64,000 bases of DNA from Azolla caroliniana (Eukaryota > Plantae > Polypodiophyta). The DNA is taken from positions 15,252,001 to 15,316,000 of the forward strand of contig JBHGNT010000014.1 in assembly GCA_043228905.1 (NCBI GenBank), read 5' to 3'. A model generated the notes under the pieces. The model saw only the letters and a program-made list of their open reading frames with translations. It had not been told where the DNA came from and searched no databases. Shown one piece after another: positions 51,811 through 64,000 of the stretch. A program made the position numbers and the translations under genes. How positions within the stretch are numbered: position 1 is the first letter of the stretch; each line of letters starts with the position of its first letter.

Positions 51811-54800
51811 TGTTGGGTAAGGGCCGCCTTCGAATGCGGAACTTAAGCAAAACTCTTCTATATGATGATCATGAAGTGGTGTATGTAGACAGAAAGCTCA
51901 ATGGCAGATGGAAACATTAGACAAGATGTTGCAGAGAACGCAAGAGAGAGTGAGAGAGGAAGGCACAACAAACTAGTTGTATATTAGGCAATAGAGCAAA
52001 AAGCAACAACAACAACTAGGTTACAAAGTCAGTTTATATAGTAACTAACTTAGGGCAACTGCCCTTCTTAGTATTTACATAAATAGTCTAAGCCTAGTGT
52101 GTACAAAAGGAGACAATGTGAATACGTCCATTAGACACCCGTATTCAACACTCCCTCGTAATGGGCGTATACATATTAAAATTATACTTGAAATGAGTAT
52201 ATATAATATAGATTGGTACAAGGCTTTGAGCAGCCGAAGTCTGGTGTCCTTAAGGGATGGCAATTGTTCAATTTAATCAAACCGATTCTCCATTACGCCC
52301 ATGTGTTGTCTAAGAGATTGAAATCGATCTACCAAGATACACTTGGTCATTGCGTTCGCGATATTATCGGCTGTAGATATCTTCACAAGGCCAAATTTCC
52401 CTTAAATGACGCAATCCCGAATGAAGTGATATCGAACGTCGATGTGCTTGGAGGCGTTATGTTGAACCGGATTTTTCGACAAAGCGACAACACCCTGACT
52501 GTCGCTATAAATAATCGGAGTCGAACTGATTTTAGCTGCTCAAAATGTGTAGGCCAGCCGGCTGAGCCATAAGGCCTCTTTCGCCGCATCGGAAGCAGCT
52601 ACATATTCGGCTTCGGTCATTAATGTGGTTGTGTATTCCTGAAGTTTGGATTTTCATGAGATGACCCCGTTTCTAGGTTTGAAACAATATCCGGTTGTTG
52701 ATTTTCAGCTATCTATGCAGCCCGCGAAGTTAGAGTCGGTATACTTGACTACGCCTGAGCTATCGTTCGGTTTGAACAAAATACCAAGGTCTTTTGTGCC
52801 CGCCAGATATCTGAACACATGCTTAACTGCATTCCAATGCGATTGACCGGTGTTATGCATAAATCTACTGACGACTCCAACGACGTGAGCTATATCAGGC
52901 CGTGTCGCGACCATCGCGTACATGAGGGAGCCGACTGCCGGTGCATACGGTACCGACTTCATAATTTCCCCCTCTGGACCGGATGTCAGACAGTCTCGAC
53001 AAGACAACCGAGAATTAATAGGGAGCGGGGTAGAGGTAGATTTCGCTGATTGCATGTTGAAGCGTTCGAGGACACGTCCAATGTAGTCGGATTGAGACAA
53101 AAACAATTGTTGTCGATTACGATTCCGACGTATCTTCATGCCAAGAATGTGGCATGCCGGACCGAGATCCTTCATGGCAAACTTCAACCATAGTTGTCGA
53201 ACGAGTTCAGCTAGTTCACCTGCATGGCGTCTAGAAATTAGCATGTCATCCACGTAGATGATGAGAAAGATGGGCGATCCATCTCGAGTTGTTTTTGTGA
53301 AGAGACAGTGGTCCTCATCACTCTTTTAGAAGCCGATCGATTGGATGAAGTCATCGAACTTCTTATACCACTGTCGTGGCGCTTGTTTCAGGATGGAGAG
53401 ACTCTTCCTGAGTCGGTAGACTAGATTTTCTTGGCCGGGTACCACAAAGCCTTTCGGTTGCTCCATATAAATTTCCTCCTCAAGATCACCATGGAGGAAA
53501 GCCATTTTGACATCTAGCTGAATCAACTCCAAGTTTTCGACTGCCACTACGCCGAGCATAAAGCGAAGGGCTGTCATTTTCACCACTGGTGAAAAGATTT
53601 TGTCGAAATTGACGCCGTGTTCTTGTCGAAAACCCTTGGCTACTAATCTGGCCTTGAACTTTGGGCTTGCCGAATCAGAGGTCTCCTTAATTCGATAGAC
53701 CCACTTGCACGGAAGAGCACATCGATTGTTCAGGAGTTCGACCAAGTCCCAAGTGTTGTTCATACGAATAGAGTTCATTTCTGACTCCATTGCCAGATGC
53801 CAGGTGGCTGATTCGGCTGATGCCGAAGCTTCTTTGTATGACGTCGGATCTCCGACGTCCATGAAGAAGATACCAGGAGAGTATCTCTTTGGGGGTTGTG
53901 ACAATCTCTCAGATCTTTGAGGTATGACTGGACTGGTCGCATCGGGTGTCGTGGTTGGATAATCCAAAGCTGAATCGTTCAACTGTGTCGAGTCAGAATT
54001 CTCAGAGTCGGTGTTAGGGGGTTCAGCTACCCGTGAAGCTGACCATGTGTTGTGCGCTAGACTTTCCTGAAGAGTTGGCATATCAGAAAAAATTACCCTT
54101 CGGACTTCGATCGGTTTTTCGACTGATTGATTCATAGCCGACTCATTGAACACTACGTTCGAACTTCGAACGATTTGTCTGTGTTCGGGGTTCCAGAGTC
54201 GGTATCCCATTTCACCATCTGATCCATAACCAAGGAAAATACATTTCCTGGACTGTGGTGCAAGTTTGCGGCGATCATCTTTCGGGATGAGGGCATATGC
54301 CTCACATCCGAAAATCCTCAGCTTATCGTAATTCGGCTTACTGCTGGTCCATAATTCTTGAGGTATACGAAGTCCTAGAGGCCTACTCGGCTACATAATG
54401 ATTATGTGTACTGCGGTAAGTAGGGCCTCTGCCCAGAAGCCATCCAACAGTCCGGAGTGTTGGAGCATGGAAACTATCCTTTCTTGAATTGTCTGATTCA
54501 TTCGTTTGGCAATTCCATTCTGCTCTGGACTATGTGGTGCCGTAAATTCGGCAAAATTTGAAGAATTCCTCTAATTTGAACTCTCCCCCATTATTGGTCC
54601 GAAAACATTTCAGTTTTCGGCCGGAATGATTCTCTACCACAACGAACCAATCGGAGAAGATCGAGAAGACATGATCTTTGGTTCTAATTGGATAAGCCCA
54701 TACCTTCCTAGTCGAGTCGTCAATGTGAGCGTAACGTGCAGTCTATACAATGAATGTATCTTCGGTCCTCTAGCAAGCAGGAGGTTTCCCCTGTGGAGTG

Positions 54801-56976
54801 TCCACCCTCCTGATGAGAAGCCGCCACGAATGTCTTCTTCATCCAATTGTCCGATTGAGATCAGTGGTCGTGAGAGCTCAGGTACATGTTAGACATTGCA
54901 TAGTACCAATGTAGAACCACCGCGCAAGGTGGAGCTCTACTATGCCGATTCCAATTATATCGCAGTGTTGCGAATTTCCTACTCGAACTGAGTCGGAATG
55001 TCGGGCCATGTATTGCCGAAATTGGGATCGATGAGGAGTTACATGAAATGACGCACCCGAATCTAAGAGTCATGTGCTTGATTCTTCAGTCGTAAGTAGA
55101 ACTTCTGATTCGACTCGATTTTTGATTGAGAGTATGTTCGGGTTGTTTGATAGTACGTCAGCTGAAGAACTGATGTAGTTGATCTCCTCGTGCCGGCCAC
55201 TCTTCTTGTCGGCTTGCTGAGCCTTATCGTTTTTGGTTTTGAGAGCACGGCAATCGGCTTTGATGTGTTCGGGTTTCTTGTAGTAGTTGCATACTCGATT
55301 ATCCCGTGACTGGTTCCGTCTTCGCTGATTGTTCGGCTGCCGTGAAGAGTCTCTTCCATGACTGTTCGGTCGGTCAGTCGAACTTTGTACTACGTAAGCG
55401 TCATTGGCCGAATCGTTCGCAAACGATTTTCTCCGAGCTGCTTCAGTCAGAATAGCACTCGTGACTGAGGAGTACATGACTGCCGTAGTTGACGCATTGT
55501 ACACGGTGGTGACGAAAGTTTCCCATGACGAAGGGAGACTACTCATAAGCAACATTGCTTTTAGTTCATCCTCGATGATCGTCCCTTGAGCTGCAATTTG
55601 GGAGCTTAGACTTTCGTACTCTTTTAAATGTGTCTGGACCGAATCGGATTCCTTCATCCGAAGGTTGTAGAGACGCTGAATCAAGAATATCTTCGTGGCG
55701 ACGACTTTCTTTTCGTAAGTGTCTGATAGTGTCTTCCATAGTTGGAAGGCTGTCGTACACGATTGCACTGTGAAATATACAGATTCTGATAGGTGCATTC
55801 AAATTGTGGCGCGAATGATTCTGTCCAGCTTCTGCCACTCGATTGGTTTGTATCCTTCTGGGGGATCTTCATTCTCAATGGGGTCAATCTGGCCCTTGAC
55901 TAACAAGTAGTCTTGCATTTGCTCCTTCCAGAAGTTGAAGTTCGATCCATCGAACTTTCGTAGACTCATCTCTAACGAGCCAGCTATTGAAGCCGTGTGT
56001 GTTGGTATAATAAACTTTGTCCTGAGTTAGCTACAAACTGTGGTGGAGTGTGACAACCTAGCCCACTCGATGTCGTTCTAGCCGAAGTTGAACACAAGTC
56101 GTGTTGATTACGAAGAATTGTGAATCCTGTTCGGCGTGACTACAATCAACTGACTTAGTCGAGTTGAACCAGGATTTGATGATTCGATTTCTCCGAAATC
56201 TCCCAACACCGATTCTATGCAATACTCTAGGCCGATCTTGTTTCGGTTGACTGCAACGATGAGAGGGACGGAACCAACCGGTCCTCCCGAATGTCATCTA
56301 GCCGAGTGAAACACGGATTGGGGTTGCCCCTGAAGTCATGTTTGCTTCAGGTGACTATGACGAGTAGGAGAGTAGCGTCAAAGGACCTATTCGATTTCCG
56401 CCTAGTCGATTGAAGCAATGATTTGGCCTAATCAAGACAGAAGTCCCATTCCGAACGACTACAACCACAAAACAAAGTGAGATCTAGAACAATGAAGTGC
56501 TGACTTCGTCACATTTCTCTTTGCAAGAGCAATCTCGTGACTAGCTAAGATCTTCAGAATACACGAAGAAGAGTTTTCAGAGGCTAAGATAGAAGGCGAC
56601 AACAAGCTCGAACAAAAACCGGGCTCTGATACCAGATGTTGGGTAAGGGCCGCTTTCGAATGCGGAACTTAAGCGAAACCCTTCTATATGATGATCATGA
56701 AGTGGTGTATGTAGACAGAAAGCTCAATGGCAGATGGAAACATTAGACAAGATGCTGCAAAGCACGCAAGAGAGAGTGAGAGAGGAAGGCACAACAAACT
56801 AGTTGTATATTAGGCAATAGAGCAAAAAGCAACAACAACAACTAGGTTACAAAGTCAGTTTATATACTGACTAACTTAGGGCAACTGCCCTTCTTAATAT
56901 TTACATAAATAGTCTAAGCCTAGTGTGTACAAAAGGATACAATGTGAATACGTCCATTAGACACCCGTATTCAACA
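51811..56976 (-). mobile_element. Full-length Copia (internally deleted and decayed) nested in the Gypsy integrase
   Basis: 340-bp LTRs at 51811-52150 and 56637-56976 (about 10 substitutions). PBS is the reverse of TGGTATCAGAGC at 56623-56634; PPT at 52151-52162; TSD ATGGA/ATGGT. Removal restores the Gypsy LPRVGDH-DTVLVVIDRFSK. Confidence 0.95.
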
Positions 56977-59865
56977 ATGGTCACCGACTCGAGGAAGGTC
57001 AGTGATAAAGTCCATGGAGAGAGATGCCCAAGGTCGACTAGGAATTGGAAGTGGGTGTAGAAGGTCGTATGGACGATGGTGAGCTGCTTTGGAGTGAGCA
57101 CAAACGTCACATGTTTTGATAAAGTCTTTGACCAATTTCCAAGGTTGGGGCCACCAAAACCCCCGAGACAGCAACGCTAGTGTTTTCGCAACCCCAAAGT
57201 GTTCGACGAGAGGATCATCTTGGCAAGTTTGTAGTACTCGGATGCGACATGTGCCAGCTGGTACGTAAAGGAGGTGATTACGATAGAGTAGCCCATCCTG
57301 AGTTGTAAAGTGACTGAGATCCGAACTTTGCATTTCTTGGGATGGGTTGTTGAGGCGCACCATGATGTTAGTAGCGAAAGAGTCCGTCGTGGTTGCTTGG
57401 GCGATCTCGTTGAGCAAGGAATCATCATGCAACATATAGGTTGCGAGCATGTGGAGTTGATCGGGTTGCAATAAACAATGCGATTGTTGAGAATATGCGT
57501 CGTCACTTGGGCGTAGTGCAAAGTCGGGTCGCTGAGAGAGAGCATCTGCTTTCCCATGTTGAATGCCGGGTCGAAACAAGATTTTGAATTTGCAGTCGGC
57601 GAGAAAAAATGACCAGTGAGCCTGCCTCCGATTCAACGTACGAGTGGTCGTGAAGTAGATGAGATTCTTATGGTTGGTTAGCACCTGAATACGATGTTGG
57701 GCAGCCAGATAGGGCCGCCATTTGGCAAAAGCCAAGATGATAGCTGCAAGCTCCTTGTCGTAGAACGATAAATTGATTTCCGAGGCTGTAAACTTTTGAG
57801 AGTAGAAGGCGACTGGATGTAGGGTGCCATCGTCGTCAGGTTGAGACAAGACCACACCTATGACAAAGTCGGAGGCATCGGTTTCAACTTGGAAAGGGCG
57901 GGTGGGGTCGGGGTGGACTAACACAGGGGCGTAGAGAAAAGCAACTTTGAGGGACATTAAAAGCATTGTGTGCCGTGGGGGTCCAAAGAAATGGAGTATC
58001 TTTCTAGGTAAGCTAGATGAGAGGTTGGACTAGGGAAGAAAACCCGTCTATAAATCGTCTATAGAAATTTGCAAAACCAAGAAACGATTGTACCTCTTTC
58101 AACCGAGTCGGGAGAGGCAAATCAGTGATTGCCGCTACCTTGCATTCATCCATTGTGATCCCAGTAGGTGAGATCATGTACCCTAGGAATTCGACAGAGG
58201 TCTTATCGAATTCACATTTCTAACTTTTGGCAAAGAGCCCATATTCCCGGAATTTGGTGAGAACCAGTCGGACATGGTGTGTGTGCTCCTCCCAGTTGGA
58301 AGAAAAAACTAGGATGTCGTCAAGGTAGATGACCACGAAATGGTCAAGGTGCTCTCGAAAAATATTGTTCATCATGTGCTGGAAGACGGCCGGAGTGTTA
58401 GTAAGGCCGAATGGCATCACTTTGTACTCGAAATGTCCATAGCGCGTCCGAAAGGCCGTTTTCCACTCATCCCCAGGCTTGATGCGCACCAAATTGTAGG
58501 CGCCTCGAAAGTTGATTTTGGAGAAGATATATCCAGTTCGGAGTCGATCGGGGAGCGTTGGAATTAAGGGCAGGGGGTAATGATTACGCACCGTAACTTT
58601 GTTGACACCCCGATAATCCGCACATAAGCGTAAGGAGCCATCCTTCTTTTTGACAAATAAGATTGGTGCACTGGTTGGTGATTTGGAGGGTTGAATGAAG
58701 CCCTTCGCGAGATTCTCAGCCATATATGTGCGGAGAGCCTCAAGTTCGGGTTCAGATAACCCATAGATAGGTCCAAATGGGGGATGCTTGCCAGCTTGGA
58801 GTTCGATTGGGAAATCATAGGGGCGATGAGCCGGTAACCGATCGCATTCCACTTTTCGAAGATGTTGGAAAAGTTGCTATATCAGACGGGTAAATTGTTG
58901 ACAAGAACGGTGACGTCCCCCGACACAATGGCCAGTGTAGCGACCAGACCGGACTCGATCGTAATGGAATCAAGAGAGTGTCACGACCTAACAGGAATTG
59001 GCCTTACTGGAAAAGTGATGGAGCGGTTACACCAATCCACCGTTCGATTGTGTGTTTCCAACCAAGATAGCCCCAACACAATCGGATGTCGAGGGGTTTC
59101 AATGAGGTAGAACGTGAGTTCCTCCTAGTGCACCCCAACTTGAAGTATGGGATAGTGGCTTTGGTAATGGCTCCCGAAGAGAGAACCCGACCGTCGATTG
59201 CTTCAACGGATATGGGTTGTGATTTGCGGACGCTGGGGATATTATGTGCACGGACAAATGATGTATCGATAAAGCAAGTAGATGCTCCGGAGTCGAGCAA
59301 GGCATGAGAATTTATTGAAGTCGAACCAAAACAAAGACTTACTTGCAAAGAAAACCCTCCTAATGGCGGAACAAACTTTTTGTAACATGGAGAAGGTGAG
59401 TAACAGGAAGCGTCCATCGGCATGGCTCCTACTGCAACATGACTTGGTCATTTTCCTGTTGTCGAGGAACCTCCACAAGACGTGCACTATGGAATTGGTG
59501 CCGTGGGCCCCACACCGGGCAGTGGCGGATGACATGGCCAGGGTTGCCACAATAGAGACAGATTCCATTGTCCCGACGATGTTGGCGTTGGGCTTCAGTT
59601 AGTGGTTGGAACTGAGTGTGGTCGATCTCCATCGAGGTATGGAAATCGACCTCCGTCGTGGTATGGTTATCACTGGATGATGGTAAGGTTGGCGTGGGAG
59701 ACAAGTAGGGCCTAGTGATTGATGCATTGTGGGAAGAAGCCTGAGACCTGCGAGTCCCCCGTTCTCCTTGATGAAGTTCGAAGAGACGATTGTCAGACTG
59801 GACAACTTGGGAGATTACTGGAGACAACGATGTGGGCTCCAGGAAGTTTAAGAGAAGGGTCCAAT

Positions 59866-62269
59866 TTTGGTTCAGTCCTCTCCGACGATTAGCATGTCTC
59901 CTACATACAACAAGAGTATTAGGAAGTCTCCTCCGTCGAACTTCTTCACATACAACCTAGTTGGCCTGCGTCTTGTGGTATCCTTGGTTAGTCATGAAGG
60001 AGTCGAACTTTCGGTACCATTACCGGGGAGTTTTCTTTAGTCCGTATAAGCCCTTCTTCCACCGGCACACCAAGTTCTCCTTCCCTTTCTTGATGAATCC
60101 TTTCGGCTATTGCATGTTGATCTATTCTTTTTGGTCACCATGCAAGAACACCATCTTGACATCTAGTTGCTCTACCTCGAGGTCCATGCTTGCCGCTATG
60201 CTCAACATTGTCCGGATGGATATCATCAAAGATCTCATCGAAATCCACTCCTTTCTTCTGCTGGAAGCCCTTCACCACAATGTGGGCTTTGTACCTCGGT
60301 GGATTTCCAGTGTCTCCTGGTTTCAACTTGTACACCCACTTGTTCCAGAGCGCTCTCTTTCCTTTCGACAGCTCCGTCAATTCATATGTGTGGTTCTCAT
60401 GCAGGGAATCCATCTCATCTTGCATGGCACTTAACCACTTGTGGTTGTGGGTGTCTTTCTTTGCTTCTTCGAAACTTTTTGACCACCCCTCATTTGTCAA
60501 TAAAACATGCTCTCCATCTGGAAATTTCTCTCTTGTAGAGGGTATCAACGTCCTTGATTTTCGGTCACCGGTTCTTCAGTTAGTTCTTCATCCGAATCCG
60601 ATTGGGGGGCTTGTCCAGTTCCGACATTTGATCCTTCTTCGAATGGTTAGTTTCTTTGTCCAAGTCCGGCCGGTTCCCTATGGTCTTTGGCTGACATCCG
60701 ACTTCTGACCAGATGGATCTTTGTATCTTCCAACCGATCTCTATCGGTTGATCCAAAGGAGGCTTTCTTCTTCTCTGGTTCCTAGTCGGCAATGGTCTTG
60801 TCTTCCATGAAGACTATGTCCCTACTCCGAATCACTTTCTTTTCTACTAGGCACCACATATGATAGCCAAACTCATCATCATTGTACCCAATAAATATGC
60901 ATGGACGAGATTTCAGGTCTAATTTCCCCCGTTTTTCCTTTGCAATGTGCACATAAGCGAGGCAACTGAAAACTTTTAGATGCCGGTAAGAAACATCTTT
61001 ACCGGTCCATACTCTCTGTGGTGTGTCTCTGTCCAAGGGTGTTGAGGGTGATTTGTTTATCACGTACGTCGTTGTCATCAGCGGCTCAGCCCAAAACGTC
61101 TTGGACAACTTGGCATGTGCAAGCATACTCCAGACTCTCTCCATTACGGTCCGGTTCATTCTTTCAGCCAACCCGTTAAGCTCTAGTGTCTTTGGCATAG
61201 TGTATTCAAGCCGGATTCCTTATGACCGACAGTACTCCTCGAACTGCCCCCGATATTCACTGCCATTGTCCGCTAAGTCTACTTTCAGCTTCCGGCCGAT
61301 TTCTCTTTCTACTCTTGCATGGAACTCCTTGATGACGGGCAATACCTGGTCCTTCGTCTTCAGTGTGGAAACCCACAACTTCGGTCATCTATGAATGTCA
61401 CGAAGTATTGCGATCCGGCATGTGACTTTGTGTCCACAGACCATACGTCGGTATGCATGAGTTCAAGCGGTGCCTTACGTCTCATCGGTACTCTCGACTG
61501 GGAAGAGGTTTTGTTCTGCTTGCCGACCAAGCAATTAGTGCACTTCTCAAGTTGCACGTCCTTCACCTCCAGAATGAGGTTATTGTCGGCCAATCTTCTC
61601 ATCCCTTTCTGGCTCATGTGACACAACCTTTTGTGCCACAGCTCACCGGCAATGTTGGATGCCACGTTCACTTCCCCCTAGCATATTTAGGCATGCATTA
61701 GGTACAATGTGTTGATCTTCTAGGCTTGGGCCACGATTAGGCTTCCTCTGCAAAACTTCATCGTGCCGTTTCGGATGCTACCGGTGTAGTCTTCATCATC
61801 CAGCCAACCAGTGTATATCAGGTTCAATTGAACCTCCGAAACATGGTGCACTTCTCTTAACAATAGTTTGCACCCGGTTGATGTAGTCAAACACACATCT
61901 CCTATGCAAACAATTCGGCATGCTCCTTCATTCCCCATCCTTACACGACCGTGATCTCCAACTCTATAGGATGAGAAGCACTTCCAATCAGGGGTTAGAT
62001 GGAATGACGCTCCAGAGTCGACCGCCCATGTTGATTCATCGCTGACAAGGTGTAGCTCACTCTCCTTGGTGATGAGTAGCAGTTCCTCTTCGCTTGTCGC
62101 GATTTCCGATGTTCCTCTCCTTTCTGAAATCTTCTTCGGTTCTGGACCGTTGGCTCGCCCTTTGGCTTTCTGGAAGTGTCGGCAATTCTTCTAGAAGTGC
62201 CTTGACTTTCTGCAACAAAAGCAAGTGGGCCTCCCCCTTGACTTCGACCTCTTCTGTGACTTCTCTCGG
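59866..62269 (-). mobile_element. Copia internal fragment (same family as 44263): end of gag to start of RT
   Basis: Motifs WHKRLCHMSQ, HTDVW, NGLAERMNRT and NKWVYKLKPGDTGNPPRYKA. Truncated just after the YV(D)DML motif. Confidence 0.88.
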
Positions 62270-62705
62270 TGTCGCGGAAATCCGCGCGTGCGGGTTGGAA
62301 AAGGCGAGACCACATGGGTCTTGTACTAAGGGATTTATGGATACCGGAAGGCCGATTTCTTTGGGTCCGGTTACACCAGCTATGGCACCAACCGGGATGA
62401 TTCCGGATGCGTTCCGGAAGCAACCGGATTAAAGAGAGGGAGAGAGAGCACATGCATGCACACCAGCTCTTCACACCCTCTTATATACAAGACGACGAGT
62501 CTCCGGACCGAAAGAGGAGACACGTCGTGACACAAAACGACTAAACACACACACACATCACAAGTGGATCCCGACAGGATGAAACCCAAAGACGCCGACA
62601 TAGACATATGCACACCGAAATTTTCTCATATATATTTACAAGGGACACAAGTTACAACACCGGTTTTGAGCCAGTCCAATACCAAACAGATACAACAGTT
62701 GTTTG
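62270..62705 (-). mobile_element. LTR 3' portion (family of 40463-41239), interrupted by the Gypsy at 62706
   Basis: The reverse complement ends GGATTTCCGCGACA and matches 41030-41239 (CCGGAATC..CCGGTT.GYGCCATAGC). Confidence 0.7.
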
Positions 62706-64000
62706 TGTCATGATATGGCAAGACTCGAACCCATGACCTTATGGCATATGGGTCGAGCTCTTAACCATCACACCATCTATTGTAATTCATAGGATATTAT
62801 TTTCATTTATGTTTTATTATAAGAAAGTAATGTATATTCCAGATTTCTCTGGAACATTCTAGAAGTTTCAGGATTACTCCTGACAAGTATAAAAGAAGGC
62901 ACTAGGCATTATGTTGAACCAAATTGGTTCAACGCCAGTCTTAAGCCTCGTAGCCGCTTTGTACTTATCTTTTCACATAATATATTAGCTGTTGTCATCA
63001 TCTTTCTCTCTCTCTCATCCTCGCTATCTCTCTCTCTCTCGTCTTCTCACTTCCTCTCTCGGGAATCTCACGCAGTCCCGTCTTCTTAGTACTAATAGTA
63101 CTTCCCTTCTTAGTACTAATTCCATCTCTGCTTTAGTACCATTCCTGACAGTTTGAACCAAATTTTCCTTTCCTCCAGCCTACTTGTCGTTCTCCCTCAT
63201 CCTCCTACCCTTTTCCCTATACTATGGCTACTATTAGTGCCCAAGAATATCAATATGTTTTCTTCGAGTTACAGTGCCTAAAAGAAAAGTTTGTTGCCCT
63301 GGAACAAGAAAACCAACGGTTGATAGGGGATCTGCAACAAATCGCTCTCGAAAAACAACAAACGCAACAACAACATGGGGAGTTAGCATTACGGGTACAA
63401 CAACTCGAAGCAGCGTTGCAACAACAAGGATCAAGTCCCCAAGGATTTCATAAAGAGCCCAAGATTGGACTTCCTGTGAAATTTGATGGAACGCGATCGC
63501 AATTTCGGGGATTCCTTAATCAGGTACGCTTAGTCATCCAGATGCATCCTTCCCGATATCCCACTGATGCATCTCGAGTCAGCCTAATAGGCACGTTACT
63601 TAGCGGCTCAGCCTTGGCATGGTTCGCTCCGCTTCTAGAAAAACAATCACCCTTGCTTAATAACTTTGATGATTTTATTGGTGAGTTTAAAGCCTGCTTT
63701 GGAGATACCGACAACATCAGGACGGCGATCAACAAGATCCGAAGATTGCGTCAAGGCGATCGTCCAGCCTCTGCCTACGCGGCGGATTTCCGTCTACTCA
63801 CCTCAGATATTCCCTAGGATGATCAGGCCCTCATGGAGCAGTTTTGCTACGGCTTGCGCAATGATGTCAAAGATCTGCTTTTAACCTTCCCCGAAGAACC
63901 AAAGTCTCTTACGGAGGCAATCAGTCGAGTGGTCCGATGCGACAACCGCCTTTTCGAACGGCGTTCGGAGCGTCAGTTACAAATACCACGCTCTCGGCCG
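62706..64000 (+). mobile_element. Ty3/Gypsy Tcn1/sushi-like element: 5' LTR and gag, running off the right edge
   Basis: LTR at 62706-63150 (TGTCA..TGACA), TATAAAA at 62888. No TGG-type tRNA PBS. Gag starts at 63224. Confidence 0.9.
63224..64000 (+). pseudogene. gag: Gypsy Gag (PEG10/sushi-like capsid), one premature stop
   Basis: Coiled-coil N-terminus, then EPKIGLPVKFDGTRSQFRGFLNQ...LLSGSALAW...LRQG. The TAG at 63815 replaces a likely Trp, and the frame continues (DDQALMEQF.YGLRNDVKD). Confidence 0.85.

Larger units (their letters stand above)
50408..59865 (-). mobile_element. Ty3/Gypsy chromovirus (Tcn1-like), 5'-truncated and interrupted by a Copia
   Basis: 3' LTR at 50408-50782; PPT at 50783-50797. 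Chromodomain EEYEV..I.DSR..QYLVLWKGYP.SDATWEP (50.8-51.0 kb); integrase GPF module; SMDFITDLP; ETDASDF (RH); YLDD (RT); LLDSGAS (PR); CLYCGNPGHVIRHC (gag). Confidence 0.92.

Noticed and set aside
59866-62269. Missing 3' half of the Copia cut at 50407
   Set aside because: It is in the opposite orientation and repeats the same gag-to-INT region, so it is a separate copy.

Overview
This is plant nuclear DNA, most consistent with a non-seed plant such as a fern. That assignment is inferred from the PLS-PPR style, the Tcn1-like chromoviruses and the LINE type. Positions 1-19 kb form a gene island with four genes: a spliced DCD-domain gene (-, runs off the left edge), a 3-exon B12D/NDUFA4-like gene missed by the ORF track (+), an intronless PLS-E PPR gene (-) and a 4-exon PUB13/14-like U-box/ARM E3 ligase (-). 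Positions 19-33 kb hold SSRs, tandem duplications, a LINE 3' end and decayed sequence I could not assign. Positions 33-64 kb are a nested LTR-retrotransposon pile: three full-length Copia elements with LTRs, PBS, PPT and TSD, two truncated Copias, two Tcn1-like Gypsy chromoviruses and several solo LTRs. The most notable pattern is that several LTRs, from two families, carry an antisense tRNA-like Pol III A-box/B-box module in U3. The Gypsy at 62.7 kb also lacks a tRNA PBS and shows a Tf1-like self-priming signature. Separately, two different solo LTRs sit in tandem at one 4-bp ACGT target inside an unclassified ORF.
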